Source: Lama guanicoe (taxonomy: Eukaryota). From it: 64,000 nucleotides of DNA. This document shows positions 1 through 13,162 of this stretch, piece after piece (position 1 is the first letter of the stretch; each line of letters begins with the position of its first letter). The DNA lies in contig MU053881.1 of the NCBI GenBank assembly GCA_013239625.1, positions 12,104,879-12,168,878 on the forward strand, given 5' to 3'. Under the pieces are notes generated by a model that worked only from the letters and a program-made list of their open reading frames with translations, was not told where the DNA came from and did no database searches. A program made the position numbers and the translations under genes.

Positions 1-3000
1 AATGGTTAATGCGGTAATTCCCCACCCCTGTGCCAAATTTAATTCATGTGCAAATTTTTATATTCGCTTTGTCAAATCTTGATCCAGGTATAAATTTTAC
101 ATTTTCTATAACTCGATTATTCATATTGCTAGATATCTGTGAGTGTTCTTATGATAGCAGAGACCAGAGCATATTTTTCTTCAAACAATAGATAAGAGGC
201 AAACATGTAACTTTGAGTCAGGACCAAAAAAATAAAAATAGTAACAAGAAAACAGCTCATGTTTCTGGAACACAGAAGGGCTTTGAATCATTATCATGCA
301 TGAGCGAGCAACAGGGGCAGTAACAATTCACCTCTATAAAACAAGACATCCTAAAAAACAACCAAGAAATGAGAAGGATTCCTAAGGATGTTTAAATTAA
401 AAACAAGACAGAAAGAAGTGATGGATCTATCTTCCACAGTAACAATTTAGTGTTTTGAGTCTTAGAAGCTTGCCTCCTCTCAAAATCTAGTATTATTCAA
501 AAGTGCCTTAAGAACCTAAGAACACAGAGAGGATTAAGAAGTTGATGTTGCTGGTCTGGAGACCCCACTCTGGGCTACAGGCCTAGAGTTAAATCGCATG
601 ACTTATTTAAGCACCATCCCTTAACTTTAGTATTATGAAAACTAAAGACCTTTGAACTTTCGTCCTAAAGAATCTGCTTGATTAATTCAGGGGTGGGCCC
701 CAGAATCTATAAATGATTGTGACAGGACCAATTTGGAAAACTCTGAAAGAGATGGTAATCCTTGAAGAGTTCTTTCCTCACCATGCCTTGCATCTCATTC
801 TACTGCGATCACTTTCCCATCCAGAATTGCCCATAAGGACTCACTGCTGATCACTTGATTTCTACTTAGGTATGCTATTAGAAATAAATGTTATACTGCA
901 TATATGCTCCCAGTCTCACAGACATTCTGTTAATGGAAATTACTACACACCAACTTCATACTGAACATGCCCTTTAAAAATAAGACATTGAAAGACGTGA
1001 GCAGTTCAAGATGCCCCTTCTCCTGAAAACCTCCACATGATGCTAAAGTTTGCCCGAGACTTTTCCAGTGTTAGCACTGAAACTCTTGCAGCCCAGGAAC
1101 CCCTTAGTTCCAGGCAAGCTGAAACAGTTTGTAACCCCATCATTCTGCGGTTGAATCCTCATGTTTCCCAGATGCCTTTTAGAAGTGGAAGCAGTGAAAA
1201 CAAACAAAAACCCTTTAATCTAGAGCTACTTCTTCTTTTTCAGTTACACTGTTGCATATTTTTCAGAGCAGGAAACAAAACATTAAACAGCCAAATCCAG
1301 GAGTGACTTGGGGGCAAATAGTGAAATGTATTCAACTTTCTATCCCCAAGGTCTAGCCTAGTAGTGTCTGACACTGTGACAGGTATTCAATAAAGTTTGG
1401 TGGATGAAAGAGGTTGGAGGACTTGAAAACACTGCTTTCCGTATGCAAGAAAGAAGTCATTTCCTCCTGTGAATATGCTCAGAGTTGGTTCTCTGCACAC
1501 CCAACCACCAAAAAGTGAATTCTACCAATCTTTAGTTATGTTTCAGGTAAATGCTCCACTTGCAAACTAGGCTTACTCCTGCAAATGATCCTCATAAAAC
1601 AGTAGCTCTCAAGTTTATCTGTCAGAAGAATGGATGAAGTGCCACAGAAGAGATCTGTCATCTGTTGTGAAGTTTGCTTTGGGAAAATAAATAAATGCAT
1701 GTATTTACACAATTAAAGATCAGGGCACTGACCTGAGGCTTTCTGATGTCTACCAGGAAAGTCAGATTAAGTGTATACATTTCTCCTGATTCCCAGTGAC
1801 AGCTGGGAGGCATTTGACAGCCACTCTAACAGTAGAAAAGCTTCTTCCTAAGAAGGAGAAAACTATAGAACCAAATACCAAGCTAGGACACTGAAACAAA
1901 GGCTTTCTAGAGATTTTTCAATAAAAAGGCTTAGGAAAAATTTCTGACTTTTGTTTGAGACATGTATCATAGGAACAACAGTTAAAAATTTTAGAAATCA
2001 GTAAATCCACTATCACCACCCCGTATCAATTGAAGTTATGAAGACTTCCAAATAGCCAGGAGAGTGTATGTGTGTGTACACATATATGGACAGGTGTATT
2101 TAGGTGTGGAAACATACTAGGACTTTGAAGAAATACAGATCCCATTCCTATAAGTGATTTGGTAGGTGACAGTGCACATTGGTGTAGCTGATTTGAAAAT
2201 TCTGTATGTAAATAACCCCTCTCCCCAAATCTTAATATTTACTCTTATACCAACCACACCAACTCTTTTATAGATTTCAGTCACCCATTAGTAATGAAAG
2301 CCCTTGGAAAACATCCTTTGAGCTATAGTCTTTCAACGCAGTCTTTCAATATTCTGTCAAAATCTGGATTTCACTGAATGCTCTGGATTCTCCCACTTGT
2401 ATTTTCCCATCACCTCTGCCTGAAACAGTAATTTTAAGGTCTTTCCTCTCCTTCCCTCCTATGCTCCAACACTTTGAAGCCTTTCCTTTAGCATCCTAGC
2501 TCTTCCTGTGCTGACAGACAGACCGATGAAAGACAGAAGCATGTGGCTTTTACCAAGTCTTTTCACTTGGGTGGTATAGGGTAATGCAGCGCAGTCAAAT
2601 TCTTCCAAAGAATTCAACAGGCACTGAAAGTATTTGCTATTTCTCCCATTTCACACCTCATCTCTCTGTGCTGACAGCTGGCTTTGACAGTAGGTTCCAT
2701 TCTGATGTCACCCCAGGCATATGATAGTTAGGTCAGGCCTTTAACAAGAGTGATTCAATCTGGATGAAGAGGAAACATATTGGTAATAAAACTCTGGGTG
2801 TATTTACTTGATAACAGCCTGAGATAATGGAGCCATTTATTTTTAAACCCAAACAATTATTTTAATAGTGCCTCTACCATTGTGTTTGGTTTGTTCTATT
2901 TTGCTTTGGGGAGGGTTTTTTTTTATTTTAACCTTCTCACTCGTTTCCTTGGAGGAGACTAGCACTACCCACCAGAATTGCTCTATAGATTATTTTAAAA

Positions 3001-3500
3001 GTCTTCCTTGCAAAATACGTCATTTGACTATCTTGGGAATTCCCAAGATGAATAGCAGCTTTTGGTTAAAAAACAAAGTTAATATACACTCTGCGAAAAA
3101 CACTGTACTTCTGCACATATTAGATATTTAGGAATAAGTCAGTGATTCTTTATTGTTAGAACTTTAAAATCATCATGGAATAAGAAAGGATCTTAATTTC
3201 TTTTCTTTTTTTTTTTTTGAAAGGATCTTAGTTTTGATACATAAAGAGTGTAAGGTTGTGTGAGTCAGGAATTTTTATAGATTTAGGCATGAAATCTTCA
3301 TAGTTTCATGCAGTCTGGTTTAGGAAAACAGTAAATGTCCGGTCATGCGAAGAAGTGATGGCCAGTCCCTCTCTACTCCTGCGCAAATTCAAGTTTATTG
3401 ACTCCTGGGCTAAGATGCTTGATCAAACTCCACTCAGGTTCCTGTGAGCTCTTTTTGTCTAGGTCTTGTTCTTGGGAACATCCTTAAGAGCCCAATTTTA

Positions 3501-3633
3501 GGGGGGAGGGTATAGCTCAAGCTTAGCATGCATGAGGTCCTGGGTTCAATCCCCAGTACCTCCTCTAAAAATAAACAAATAAACTTAATTATACCTCCCC
3601 CCACCAAAAAAAGAGAAAGATTAAAAAAAAAAA
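3501..3633 (+). mobile_element. Camelid tRNA-derived SINE (Vic-1 type), with internal deletion
   Basis: gggggagggtatagctcaa..gcttagcatgcatgaggtcctgggttcaatccccagtacctcc, A-rich tail; 15-bp TSD aagagcccaatttta (3486-3500) / aagagccaaatttta (3634-3648). Confidence 0.9.
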
Positions 3634-3920
3634 AAGAGCCAAATTTTAACAAAAATCCTGTCAAGTCAGATTAGCCAGAATCCTCCCCCTTGATATCTGA
3701 TCACTCTTCTCATCCCTAATATCCCCCCGATGACTTTAGCAAGAATTCTATTAGATCTTTAGCCAGAATTCCTCCTTACCCCTGATGTTTCCTCTAAGTA
3801 ATTTTCCACCCTGCTTCTTGGCTATACATCCCCATTTTTGCTTGTTATATTCATAGTGGAGCCCAATCTCTCCGTCTACTGCAAAACCCCATTGTAGTGA
3901 GTTCAATTTCTCTCGCCTAC

Positions 3921-4552
3921 TGAGACAGGAAGTAAGGGTACAGGGCACAGCCATTCAAGAAATAACACAGCAATTAACATCCAGGTGGCATAAAATCCAA
4001 CTCCCAACTAGACTGAGGCCCAAGACTTCTGATAGACCTTGTGCTTCATTATGTGCTCATTGTAATATATTAGCATGGTAAATGGCACTCCCACAGGTGC
4101 CATGACATTTCTGAGGCTAACCATAAAAGGTCAAAAAGTGGGTGATGGCCCAATTCCTGGGAATCCCAGCACCTTTCCCAAAGTACTTGGAATAATCCTC
4201 CCACTTGTTAGCATATGAAGTTACAGAGCCCATAAAAACTAACAACCCCCGCAGCTTGTGGCCGCTCTCCCTTCTGAATGAGATGGACCGCACTCTGTCT
4301 ATGGAGTGTGTATCTACTAAGCACCCAACCCCTACACCTCATAGCCTTTCTCTTGCCTTCTGAAACAGCCTGCACTCTGTCTATGGAGTATGTATCTCTC
4401 TGAATAAATCTACCTTTACTCAGCTGTGGCTCTCTCTTGAGTTCTTTACTGCATGAAGCCAAGGACCCACACTTAGCAGGGCACATCCCAGGGACTCAAC
4501 TGAGACCTGGGGCACAGCCATTGTCTCACCCTACATTCGTTTTCCTGTATCA
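3921..4552 (+). mobile_element. MER41-like ERV1 solo LTR
   Basis: Termini tgagacagga...tcctgtatca (imperfect inverted repeat), 4-bp TSD ctac, polyA signal aataaa. MER41 hallmarks tgtaatatattagcatg, cactcccac..gccatgaca, gaataatcctcccacttgttagcatat, ctctgtctatggagt (twice). Confidence 0.85.
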
Positions 4553-5802
4553 CTACAAAACCCCATTGCCATAGTCCCTGTATCTATTCGTGACAGTCCC
4601 TAATAAGGTCCGTCTTGCTGAATAATTATTTCTTTAACATAAGACACTTAAAAGATATTTTAAGAAGCAATGGTTATTTTGTTAACTTAATGCTACATCA
4701 AACCAGGGAGTTTATTTATCTGTGAAAAAAATATGCTTATCTTCCTGGCTGTGTTTTTGGTGTCCAAGAAGAGATGATTCTACCAAGAAAAACAGACTCA
4801 GAAAAGGAGAGCCACCTACCTCTGTAATGTGCCTACTAAGGAAATGTTAGAAGAGCGGATGGCAGAACAGTGAACCTAGTCAGAGGCAGAGAAGATAGAA
4901 GTTCATGATCTCAAGGATACAGAAGTCTCTACTGCCCAGGCAGATGCTCCAGATGATCATTAGCTCTTGTGGCATTATCTGGAGATGATGCTGCTTTGGA
5001 AAGCAAGGGTTGTTAACAAAGTTCAAGTGACATCTCCGTCACCATCTTGTTTGATTAGAGATGGTAGAGTTTGAAAGGTTATTTCAATTATCTTATTCTC
5101 TTTCACAAACGAACCATGACAAATTGGGAGGGGGGAGAGATTTACAGGTTCGGAAGAGAGAGAATTGAGAATTCGGTAGGGTTTTGTTTGTTTTGTTTTG
5201 TTCTGTTTAAAAACAAAGTCACATAAAGTAGTGTACCATATCACTAATGAGTTCACAGCTACTTTTTCACATTGTACTCTTTGCTTCAAATTAGAATTGT
5301 GGGTGATTCTTTATTTAATATTAATAATATGTGGGTTGCAAAAGTGAAATCATATTTCTTAGCTGGAGTTGACTCTGGTGGATGGGCAAGACTAAAGCTC
5401 AGATCATGGAGGACGTAACATTCCTTTCTTGGCTTTCCTACTGTTTGTCACTATTCTGAGTTACTAAGGACACATTAAAAGAATATTTATGCTGTACATG
5501 TTTTGGAGATCTATTTTCCCTCATTCCCCCTTTACCAAGAAGAAGCTCTGATTAAGTTTCATTAATGGTCTTTACCAAAGCCAACATTCAGAGGCAAGAT
5601 TACTGTTGATTCACCACAGATGTTCCAGGCAGTGCATCTTCCAATATTTCCCCATTTCAGCTATTTTAAACAATGTAATGTTAATTTCATTCAGTTTTCT
5701 AGGTCATTTTAGGGAGGGAGGAAGGAAGGAAGGAAAATAAATGTTAGGAAATATTCCTATACAGTATGAAAGTTCATTATAGAGTGACAATAGGCATACA
5801 TA

Positions 5803-5805
<3 letters not shown>

Positions 5806-5845
<40 letters not shown>
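5806..5845. repeat. (GT)20 microsatellite
   Basis: Perfect dinucleotide run read directly. Confidence 0.98.
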
Positions 5846-5848
<3 letters not shown>

Positions 5849-7627
5849 ATTCAAAAAAGTCATGAAACATGGGGAATTACAATGTATTATAAAAATAATC
5901 TTTCATATTACAAACATTTTATGCATTATAACATTTAAATGGACTTATTGCTGATTTTTAAATACTTTTTTAAGTCCCCTATAATCTCTTTCTCATTCGG
6001 GAACATAAAACAAGAAGTCACGGTCCTTGATCTAGACTTAAGTAGACAAACTATACACATACAGAACAACTGAAGGACAATAAAATCAATTCAAGTTTCT
6101 ATCATAGAGTTCAAAAGTATACAGAATCTTATTCCATAATGAACCTTCACTTTATCAAGTCATTATAGAAAAGAATCTGACTTGGCTGTCCAAAGGACAA
6201 TCCAAAGAAGATTTACTATATAAGGGCACCAAGGAGGGTATAAGTATGGTGTGCATATTTTAATATATTATTGTACACAGGGGCAGAGGCCTGGTGAAGA
6301 AATAGTAAGAGAGAAAGTTTATAGGAGGGGAGTATTGATATCTATATACTAAACATATTAAAACTATAAATTAATTTGAAGTATTTTCATAAAATTCTAT
6401 CTAATTTAGAAACATAGGTATCAGTTTGTCATTTGTAGAAATTTCTGCTTTCTGTGTGCAGAATCTACCATTTCCAATTGTGACTTTTTTTTTCCCTATG
6501 TCTTCATTTAAGTGAGTCTATGCTAGGTATCCCCAAAGCAAAGAGTGTGGTATATTCTCTTTTCTTTGTTTTAATGGTTTAAATGACAGGCTAAAATAAT
6601 GCTTTCACTTCTAAGGAAACGAAAGAGTAAAGCTGTCCATTCTTGCTCAAAATTCCACAGTCAGAAGCAGCTGGAGTTTATACAAGGTCCAGACAGTTCA
6701 GAGCCAATGGGAGCAGGTTATTTTCCTTTTCCACTTCTGACTGTGAAAGATCTGATGCCAGGTTATCATTTCCAGAAAACATCTATGCCAGAAAAACCTG
6801 CAGATAGAGCCTTTTTTTCTTCCTTTCTGAATTGTTAGTTGGTCTCTCAGCACATTTTGAATGTAACCTTTTTAATCCCTGCATTTGCAATTAGAGATTA
6901 AAATTCCATTCCAACAGCCATTCGGCAGATGGCATAGCATGAAAAAACTGGAGGTAGTGTAAAATTGTATTTATACAGAACACCAGATGAATTTGCCAGG
7001 CTGTTTCTTCCTGAGCTTATACATTCGCTTGTGAAAATTGATTGTTTAAGATGTAAATTTCATTTGCCAGGATTTAGCATTTTTATAGGATTTTTAAAGC
7101 ATCAATTAATCCATCTCTTTTGTTCAGCACAGTTGCTTTAAATACCGAAGTAAAATCTATATTTAAAGAAACTACTCCTTAAGGAGATTAAGTCACCTGA
7201 TCAAGGGTCACCAAGGTAGGTTCAGAAATGCCACACGATAATGGAATGGAGAGGCCACTGAACCAATGCATCTATTAAGCGAAAACCTCATCACATCTTA
7301 GGCTATTAGGCAGTTTGATTCTTAAAAAAGATTTTTCCTTTAACTTCCTCCAAGAGCTTTTTAAAAAAAATCTTTATAGTTTTTAAATGTTTATTGACAT
7401 ATAATAGATTCAGAAAAGTGTACAAATCATAAATGTATAGCTTAAGGATTTTTTTAAAATAAGCATATCCATCTAAGTACATCCCAGATCAAGAAACAAA
7501 GAATTACTCATACCCTAGAAGCCTCCCTTGTGCTCCTTCCCGAGTTATCTCCTCCCCCAACATAACCACTATTTTAATCCCAGCACCAAAGATTAGTTTA
7601 CAACTTACTGAAATATATATAGACTCA

Positions 7628-7991
7628 GAGGAAGTGCCAAGCTGGTGGAGTAGAGAGACTCACAGCTCACCCTCTCTCACAAATACACCAAGAATTACAT
7701 CTACAAACCCACTTAGTAACACAGAACACCTACTGAACTCTGGCAGTGTCTCTCACTTCAAAATATAGGAGGATTCTCCCCAAATCCGATAAACAAGTTC
7801 ATACTGTATATATAGCACAGGGAACTATATTCAGTATCTTGTAGTACCTTATGGTGACAAAAAATGTGAAAACAAATATATGTGTGTTCACGTATGACTG
7901 AAGCATTGTGCTATACACCAGAAATTGACACAACATTGTACACTGACTATACTTCAGTAAAGATATATGTGTTTTTAAAAGTTAAAAAAAA
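7628..7991 (+). mobile_element. Short L1 derivative: 5'UTR start fused to 3'UTR end (probable spliced L1 retrocopy)
   Basis: 7628-7788 resembles a cetartiodactyl L1 5' end (aagctggtggagtag..gctcaccctctctcacaaatacacc..cacagaacacctactgaactctggcag). 7789-7991 matches the L1 3' ends at 47890-48080 and 51455-51638 (tagcacagggaactatattca..ccagaaattgacac..ctgactatacttca). Confidence 0.8.
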
Positions 7992-8371
7992 TCTTCTATT
8001 CATGAAATTTTGAAGACAGAGAAAGAAATTCATTCTAGTTTTACTGTTGCACCTCACCTGCCATAAGTCACGGCCACAGCGTGTGGTTAAGTGCTTAGTC
8101 AAGACGGAAAAGGCATTAAATTTGCACAGGATATTTTGAGAGAGACCACATTCACATGACTTTTATTACAGTATATTATTGTAACTGTTCTATTTTATTA
8201 TTAGTTATTGTTATTCATCTCTTACTGTGCCTTATTTATAAATTAAATTTTATCATCAGTAGGTATGTAAGGAAAAAACATAGTATATATACAGCTCGGT
8301 ACTATCCATGGTTTCAAGAATCCACTGGGGGTCTTGGAACGTAATCCCCTATGGACAAAGGGGTACCGCTG
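7990..8371 (+). mobile_element. MER44/Tigger7 DNA transposon, left end missing
   Basis: aatcttctattcatgaaatt..ggaaaaggcattaaatttg, gatattttgagagagaccacattcacat; terminal ccactgggggtcttggaacgta..ggggtaccgctg. Confidence 0.85.
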
Positions 8372-9689
8372 GAGGGCTTCTATGATCATTTTTCTAGTGT
8401 TTTTGATGAACATACATATGCATTTCTGATAGGATTAGATGTAGCTGGGCAACTGGTCACAGTTTTCCAAAATAACCATGTCCCCGAGCAGAGTATGATG
8501 GTTTCAGTCACTCTGCATACTTGCCAGCACTGGACACAGTTCATCTTTTTCACTTTAGGTGGGTACACAGTGGCTTTACATTGTAATTTTAATTTGTACT
8601 TCCCTGATGACTCATGAAATTGAGTACACTTCCATATTTATTGCTCATTTGTGGAGCATCTGTTGAAGTCATGTGGTCATTATTCAATTGATTCATCTTT
8701 TTTTTAGCCTCTATTCCCTTCTGCCTGGCTTTTTAGTCTTCTGCCCTGCCCAGAATGTGAATCAATAAATACCTCCATGGGAAAGAATCATAGAATGTCA
8801 GGTCCATTTGTTTCTGCTGTTCCCCTCTCTCTAGACCCTTGGCCTATCAAGTCCTGACTTCCTTCATAACCTTAAATTCCATCTTTTATTTACTCAACCT
8901 GAGGGGACAGCCAAAAGCTCTGAGCCACTGTTCTCTACCCATACTGAGAACACTTTTAAGGAAAAATGGAGGACAGGGTTAGGTTTACCTCTTTCTTTTC
9001 TTCAGAATCTTTAATGCTCAAGTCCTGGATGCTTTGGTTGCTTTACTATGCCTTTTGTATTTTCACTTATTCTTTTGTATTGTTCTACATAGTGGGTTGG
9101 TTAGATATAAGCTATTCTTACATAGCCAAAAGCAAAAATCTTCTATCTCAGCGCTTTGTAAAACTTCAAAGCTTGAAGCTGTAAGACAGACTTGGAGAAA
9201 AATCAGTGTATCTTTGGTCACATCAAATAATTATTTTAGAAGTGATATTATAGAGCCAGATATAAGTTGGGAAATAGCTAAGACCAGTTGGTAATCAACT
9301 TCTCCATTAGAAAGGAGGAATCGTAGGATGTGGAATAAAAGGACCTACTTTTAAACCCCAGTAATGAGATTCACTAGCTCTAAGATCATGGCTGGTCACA
9401 TAATCTTTCTGAAGGTTGGTTTCCATCCATAAAGAGGAATAATAATTAATGAGATTAAGTGATATTTTAATGTGAAAGTTATTTGTAAACTGAAATGCAA
9501 GATGAAAGTATAAGATAAAACCAGTTGTGATACCAAAGAAATACAGAAAACTTTAGACATATTTATATTAAAAAGATAAGATTTTAAAGAACTTAAATTG
9601 ACATATAATAATCTGCTTCACACATAAAAACAAGCATTTTATGGGTTCTGAGAAGCTATTTTTCAATGAGTTTTTATTTATTCAAACAT

Positions 9690-12082
9690 ACCTAACTAAA
9701 ATGTAATATATATAAAAGGAAATAGAAAATATGAATAGACTATGCCAAGTAAAGAGATTAAATTAGTAATCAAAAATATACCCACAAAGAAAAGCCAAGG
9801 TATGGATGATTTCACAGGTAAATTCTACAAAATATTTAAAGAACTGGAAAGATATCATAGGAAAGTTATAGATCACTATCTCTTATAAATATAGACAAAC
9901 AAATCTTGAACAGAATACTAGCAACTAAATCCAACAACATGAAAAAAGATTACACACCATGACCAACTGAGATTTAGCCTAGGAAAGCAAGGATAGTTTA
10001 ACATGCAAACATCAATTAATATAATAGACCATATCAACCAGTAAAAGTAAAAACCAAAAACCACACAATCATCAAGAAACTGCAGAAAAAGCATTCAACA
10101 AAACCCAATACCCTTTCATGGTAAAAATACTCAACAATCTAGGAATGGAAGAAAATCACTTAACATGATACAAGACACCTATCAAAAACCCACAGCTAAC
10201 ACCAACTTAATTATGAAAGACTGTATGCTCGTCTCCAAAGATGCTTTCTTAACTCATAAGAATGTTTGCTCTCTTTATATCTACTAAACACTGTACTGAG
10301 AGTTGCAGTCATGACATTAAGAAAATGAAATAGAGCGCATCTAGATTGGAAAAGAAGAAATGAAGTTATATTTACAAATGACAAGCTCTTACACATAGAA
10401 AATTCTAAGGCATCTATTACTGAAATTAATAGAAGTTCAGCAAGGTTGCAGGATATAAGAGCAAAATAAAAACTCAATCATATTCCTACACTCCTAGCAA
10501 TGAACAATCTAAAAAAATGAATTTAAGAAAACAATTCTACTTAACAATAGCATCAAAAAAGAAAAAAAAAGCACTTAGAAATAAATTTGACAAAAAAGTC
10601 TAAGATTCATACTATGAAGACTACATTATTGAAAGAAATGAAAGAAGCTCTAAATGAATGGAAAGACACCCCATAATCATGGTTCAGAAGGCTTAATATT
10701 GCTAAAATGACAAGACTTTCCAAACTGACATATAGATTCAATGCAATTTCTATAGAATCCCAACTAGCTTCTTTGTAGAAATCAACAAGCTGATCCTAAA
10801 ATTCATATGGAAATTCACCGGACTTAGAATAGCCAAAAAAAATCTTGAAAATAAAAAAACAAAGATGGAGAACTCATACTTTCTGATTTTAAAAGTTATT
10901 ATAAAGCAGCTATAATCACAAAAGCATGGTACTGGCATGGGATAGACATATAGATCAAAGGAAAATAACTGAGTGTCTGGAAATAATCTTTGGATTGGGT
11001 AGTAGTTTCTCAGGCATGACACCAAGCATAAGCAACAAAATTTTCAAAAGATAAACTGGATTTCATCAAAATTAAAAATGTTTGTGCTTCAAAAAAAACA
11101 GTTAAGAAAGTGAAATCATGACCTATGGAATGGGAAAAAATATTTGCAAATCATACATCTATATGGTACTTATATCTAAAATATAGAAAGAGCCCACAAA
11201 ACTCAATAATAAAAGAGTAATAACCCCATTACAAAATGAGCAAAGGATTGAACAGATATTTCTCTAAAGAAGATATACACACGACCAACAAGCAGGTGAA
11301 AAGATGCTTAATTTCATTAGTTACTAGGCAAATGCCAATCAAAACCAGAGACATACCACTTTACCCCTACTAGTATGGCTAGAATCAAAATAACAACAGG
11401 AGTTCATAAAGATGCAGAAAAACTGGAACCATCATACATTGCTTATGGGAATGTAAAATGGTGCAGCTGCTTGAGAAATCAGTTTGGCAATTCCTCAAAA
11501 CGTTAAACATAGAATTACTATTTTACTAAGTAATTTCACTCCTTGGTTTATACTGAAGAGAAATGAGCACATACATCCACACAAAAACTTACACTCAAAT
11601 ACAGCATTATTCATTATAGACAAAATGTGGAAACAACATAACTGTTCATTAATATGTGGCATAGTATGTGGTATATGAGGACAAACAAAATGTGGTATAT
11701 CTGTGAGATGAAATACTATTCAGCAGTAAAAAGAAATGAAATCCCAATACCTGCTTCAACGTGGATTATGAACCTTGAAAACATTATGCTAAGTAAATAA
11801 TACAGTCACAAAAGACATGTTCTTTGATCCCATGTACATGAAATGTTCAGAACAGACAAATCTAGAGACAGAAAGTAATGGCTGCCTAAGGATGAGGAGA
11901 GGTGTGGGGATGGGAGAGCAACACCTAAAGGGAATGGAGTTTCTTTTTGGGGTGGTAAGAATATTTTTAAATTGTAGTTGTGATGCTTGCACAACTCTGT
12001 GAATATATTAGAAAACCACTGAATTGTATAGTTTAAATGGACAAAGTGTATGATATGTAAATTATATCTTAATAAAGCTGTT
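9690..12082 (+). mobile_element. L1MB-type LINE, 5' truncated (degraded ORF2 RT region plus 3'UTR)
   Basis: ORF2 remnants (ggatgatttcacaggtaaattctac, aaaacccacagctaac, agattcaatgcaat); L1MB-like end ..tgtaaattatatcttaataaagctgtt. Confidence 0.9.
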
Positions 12083-13027
12083 ACTCCCACCCAAAAAAAT
12101 GGTATATGTATTCAGCACTGGTACTAGGTGCTACAAGGGTTTAAAATGTATTAATTCCTGATTTTGATAAATAAAATCTATAGAAAGATGACATTTTTTT
12201 AAGAAGTTAAACACTACACCAACAAATACACATTTGCCTCATTTTTGAGATTCTAAATTTCAGTGGTTTTAACAATCTTAACATGTCTAAACGTAGGGCG
12301 TATCTTCAACCCAAAGTATAATTTAATGCAGTATCACCCCTCATCAGAACTACGGGTCTTTCTTCTTTAATAATTTAGAATCAAATAAATATTGAGGGAT
12401 GTAACAGAAAATAATCTGTATTATATAGGCCTAATCTCATTGTACATTCATGCAAGAAGTTCCACACTACTGAGATTTGAAATGGTCAGAGAAGCCTTTG
12501 TCAAGATTTGTGCTCAAAGAAATCTTTGAAGATTGGACAAGGTACCAATTGGAGGGGAAAGCAAGAAAGAACTTTGCAGGCACTTTTTATGGAATTTCTG
12601 CAGATGCCTTATACTTTCATTCCCCTTGTGCTTCTATTTCTATGCCCTTGCTTTTAACTATCTTGGACTCACACATCTCCTGCATATAATCATCCAAATA
12701 AAAAAAATGAGGTCCATGTCTTTTCCTTTTATAAATCACACATATTACCCATACAAATACTTCACACCATTCAAACTAAAATGGACAAAATAGAGAATTT
12801 TTTAAACAAAAGACAAGGAAATTACAATGATTCTCCAGTACTCTTTTATTTTATTCATACGTGAGCAGCAACTGCATTTATAGGAAATCCAAATTCAGAG
12901 ATTTTACATTTCACATAATTTATTTCATCCTCCTCAAATGTTACCTCACCAACTACACAACTAACTGATCCCACAAAACAATACAGGATAAGCCCTGGCA
13001 TTATTTTCTTTAAAAACTAGACAGACT

Positions 13028-13162
13028 AGTGTAACTGTTAAGAGCTCAGGCTGGTTTCAAAACCAAAACTCTGTCATTACTGTATGTAATACTTTGCGCA
13101 TGTTCCCTAATCTGTGAGTCTCAATTTTCTCATCTTAAAGTGAGAATAGTAATAATATCTAG
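13028..13162 (+). mobile_element. MIR, 5' part
   Basis: gttaagagctcaggct..ctaatctgtgagtctcaattttctcatcttaaagtgagaatagtaataatatcta (MIR core). Confidence 0.75.

Larger units (their letters stand above)
3405..4639 (+). mobile_element. MER31-like ERV1 LTR, interrupted by a SINE and a younger LTR
   Basis: Motifs typical of MER31: cttgatcaaact..caggttcctgtgagc, ttagccagaatcc..cttgatatctgatca, ccttacccctgatgtttcctct, gagcccaatctctc..caaaaccccattg; ends tctttaaca at 4639. Confidence 0.7.
7375..8700 (-). mobile_element. Old L1M (L1MC/ME-type) 3' region, interrupted by 7628-8371
   Basis: Antisense L1 3' motifs ttattgacatataat..aaagtgtacaaatc..accctagaagcctccct (7375-7627) and cattgtaattttaatttgtacttccctgatgact..ttgagtac (8380-8700). 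Confidence 0.7.

Noticed and set aside
2553..2622. Possible 70-nt minus-strand coding exon (CLLNSLEEFDCAALPYTTQVKRL)
   Set aside because: Weak pyrimidine tract and donor (gtaaaa); peptide not recognised
5023..5289. 88-aa minus-strand ORF in unique sequence
   Set aside because: No recognisable homology or splice structure, and it includes a low-complexity A-rich stretch
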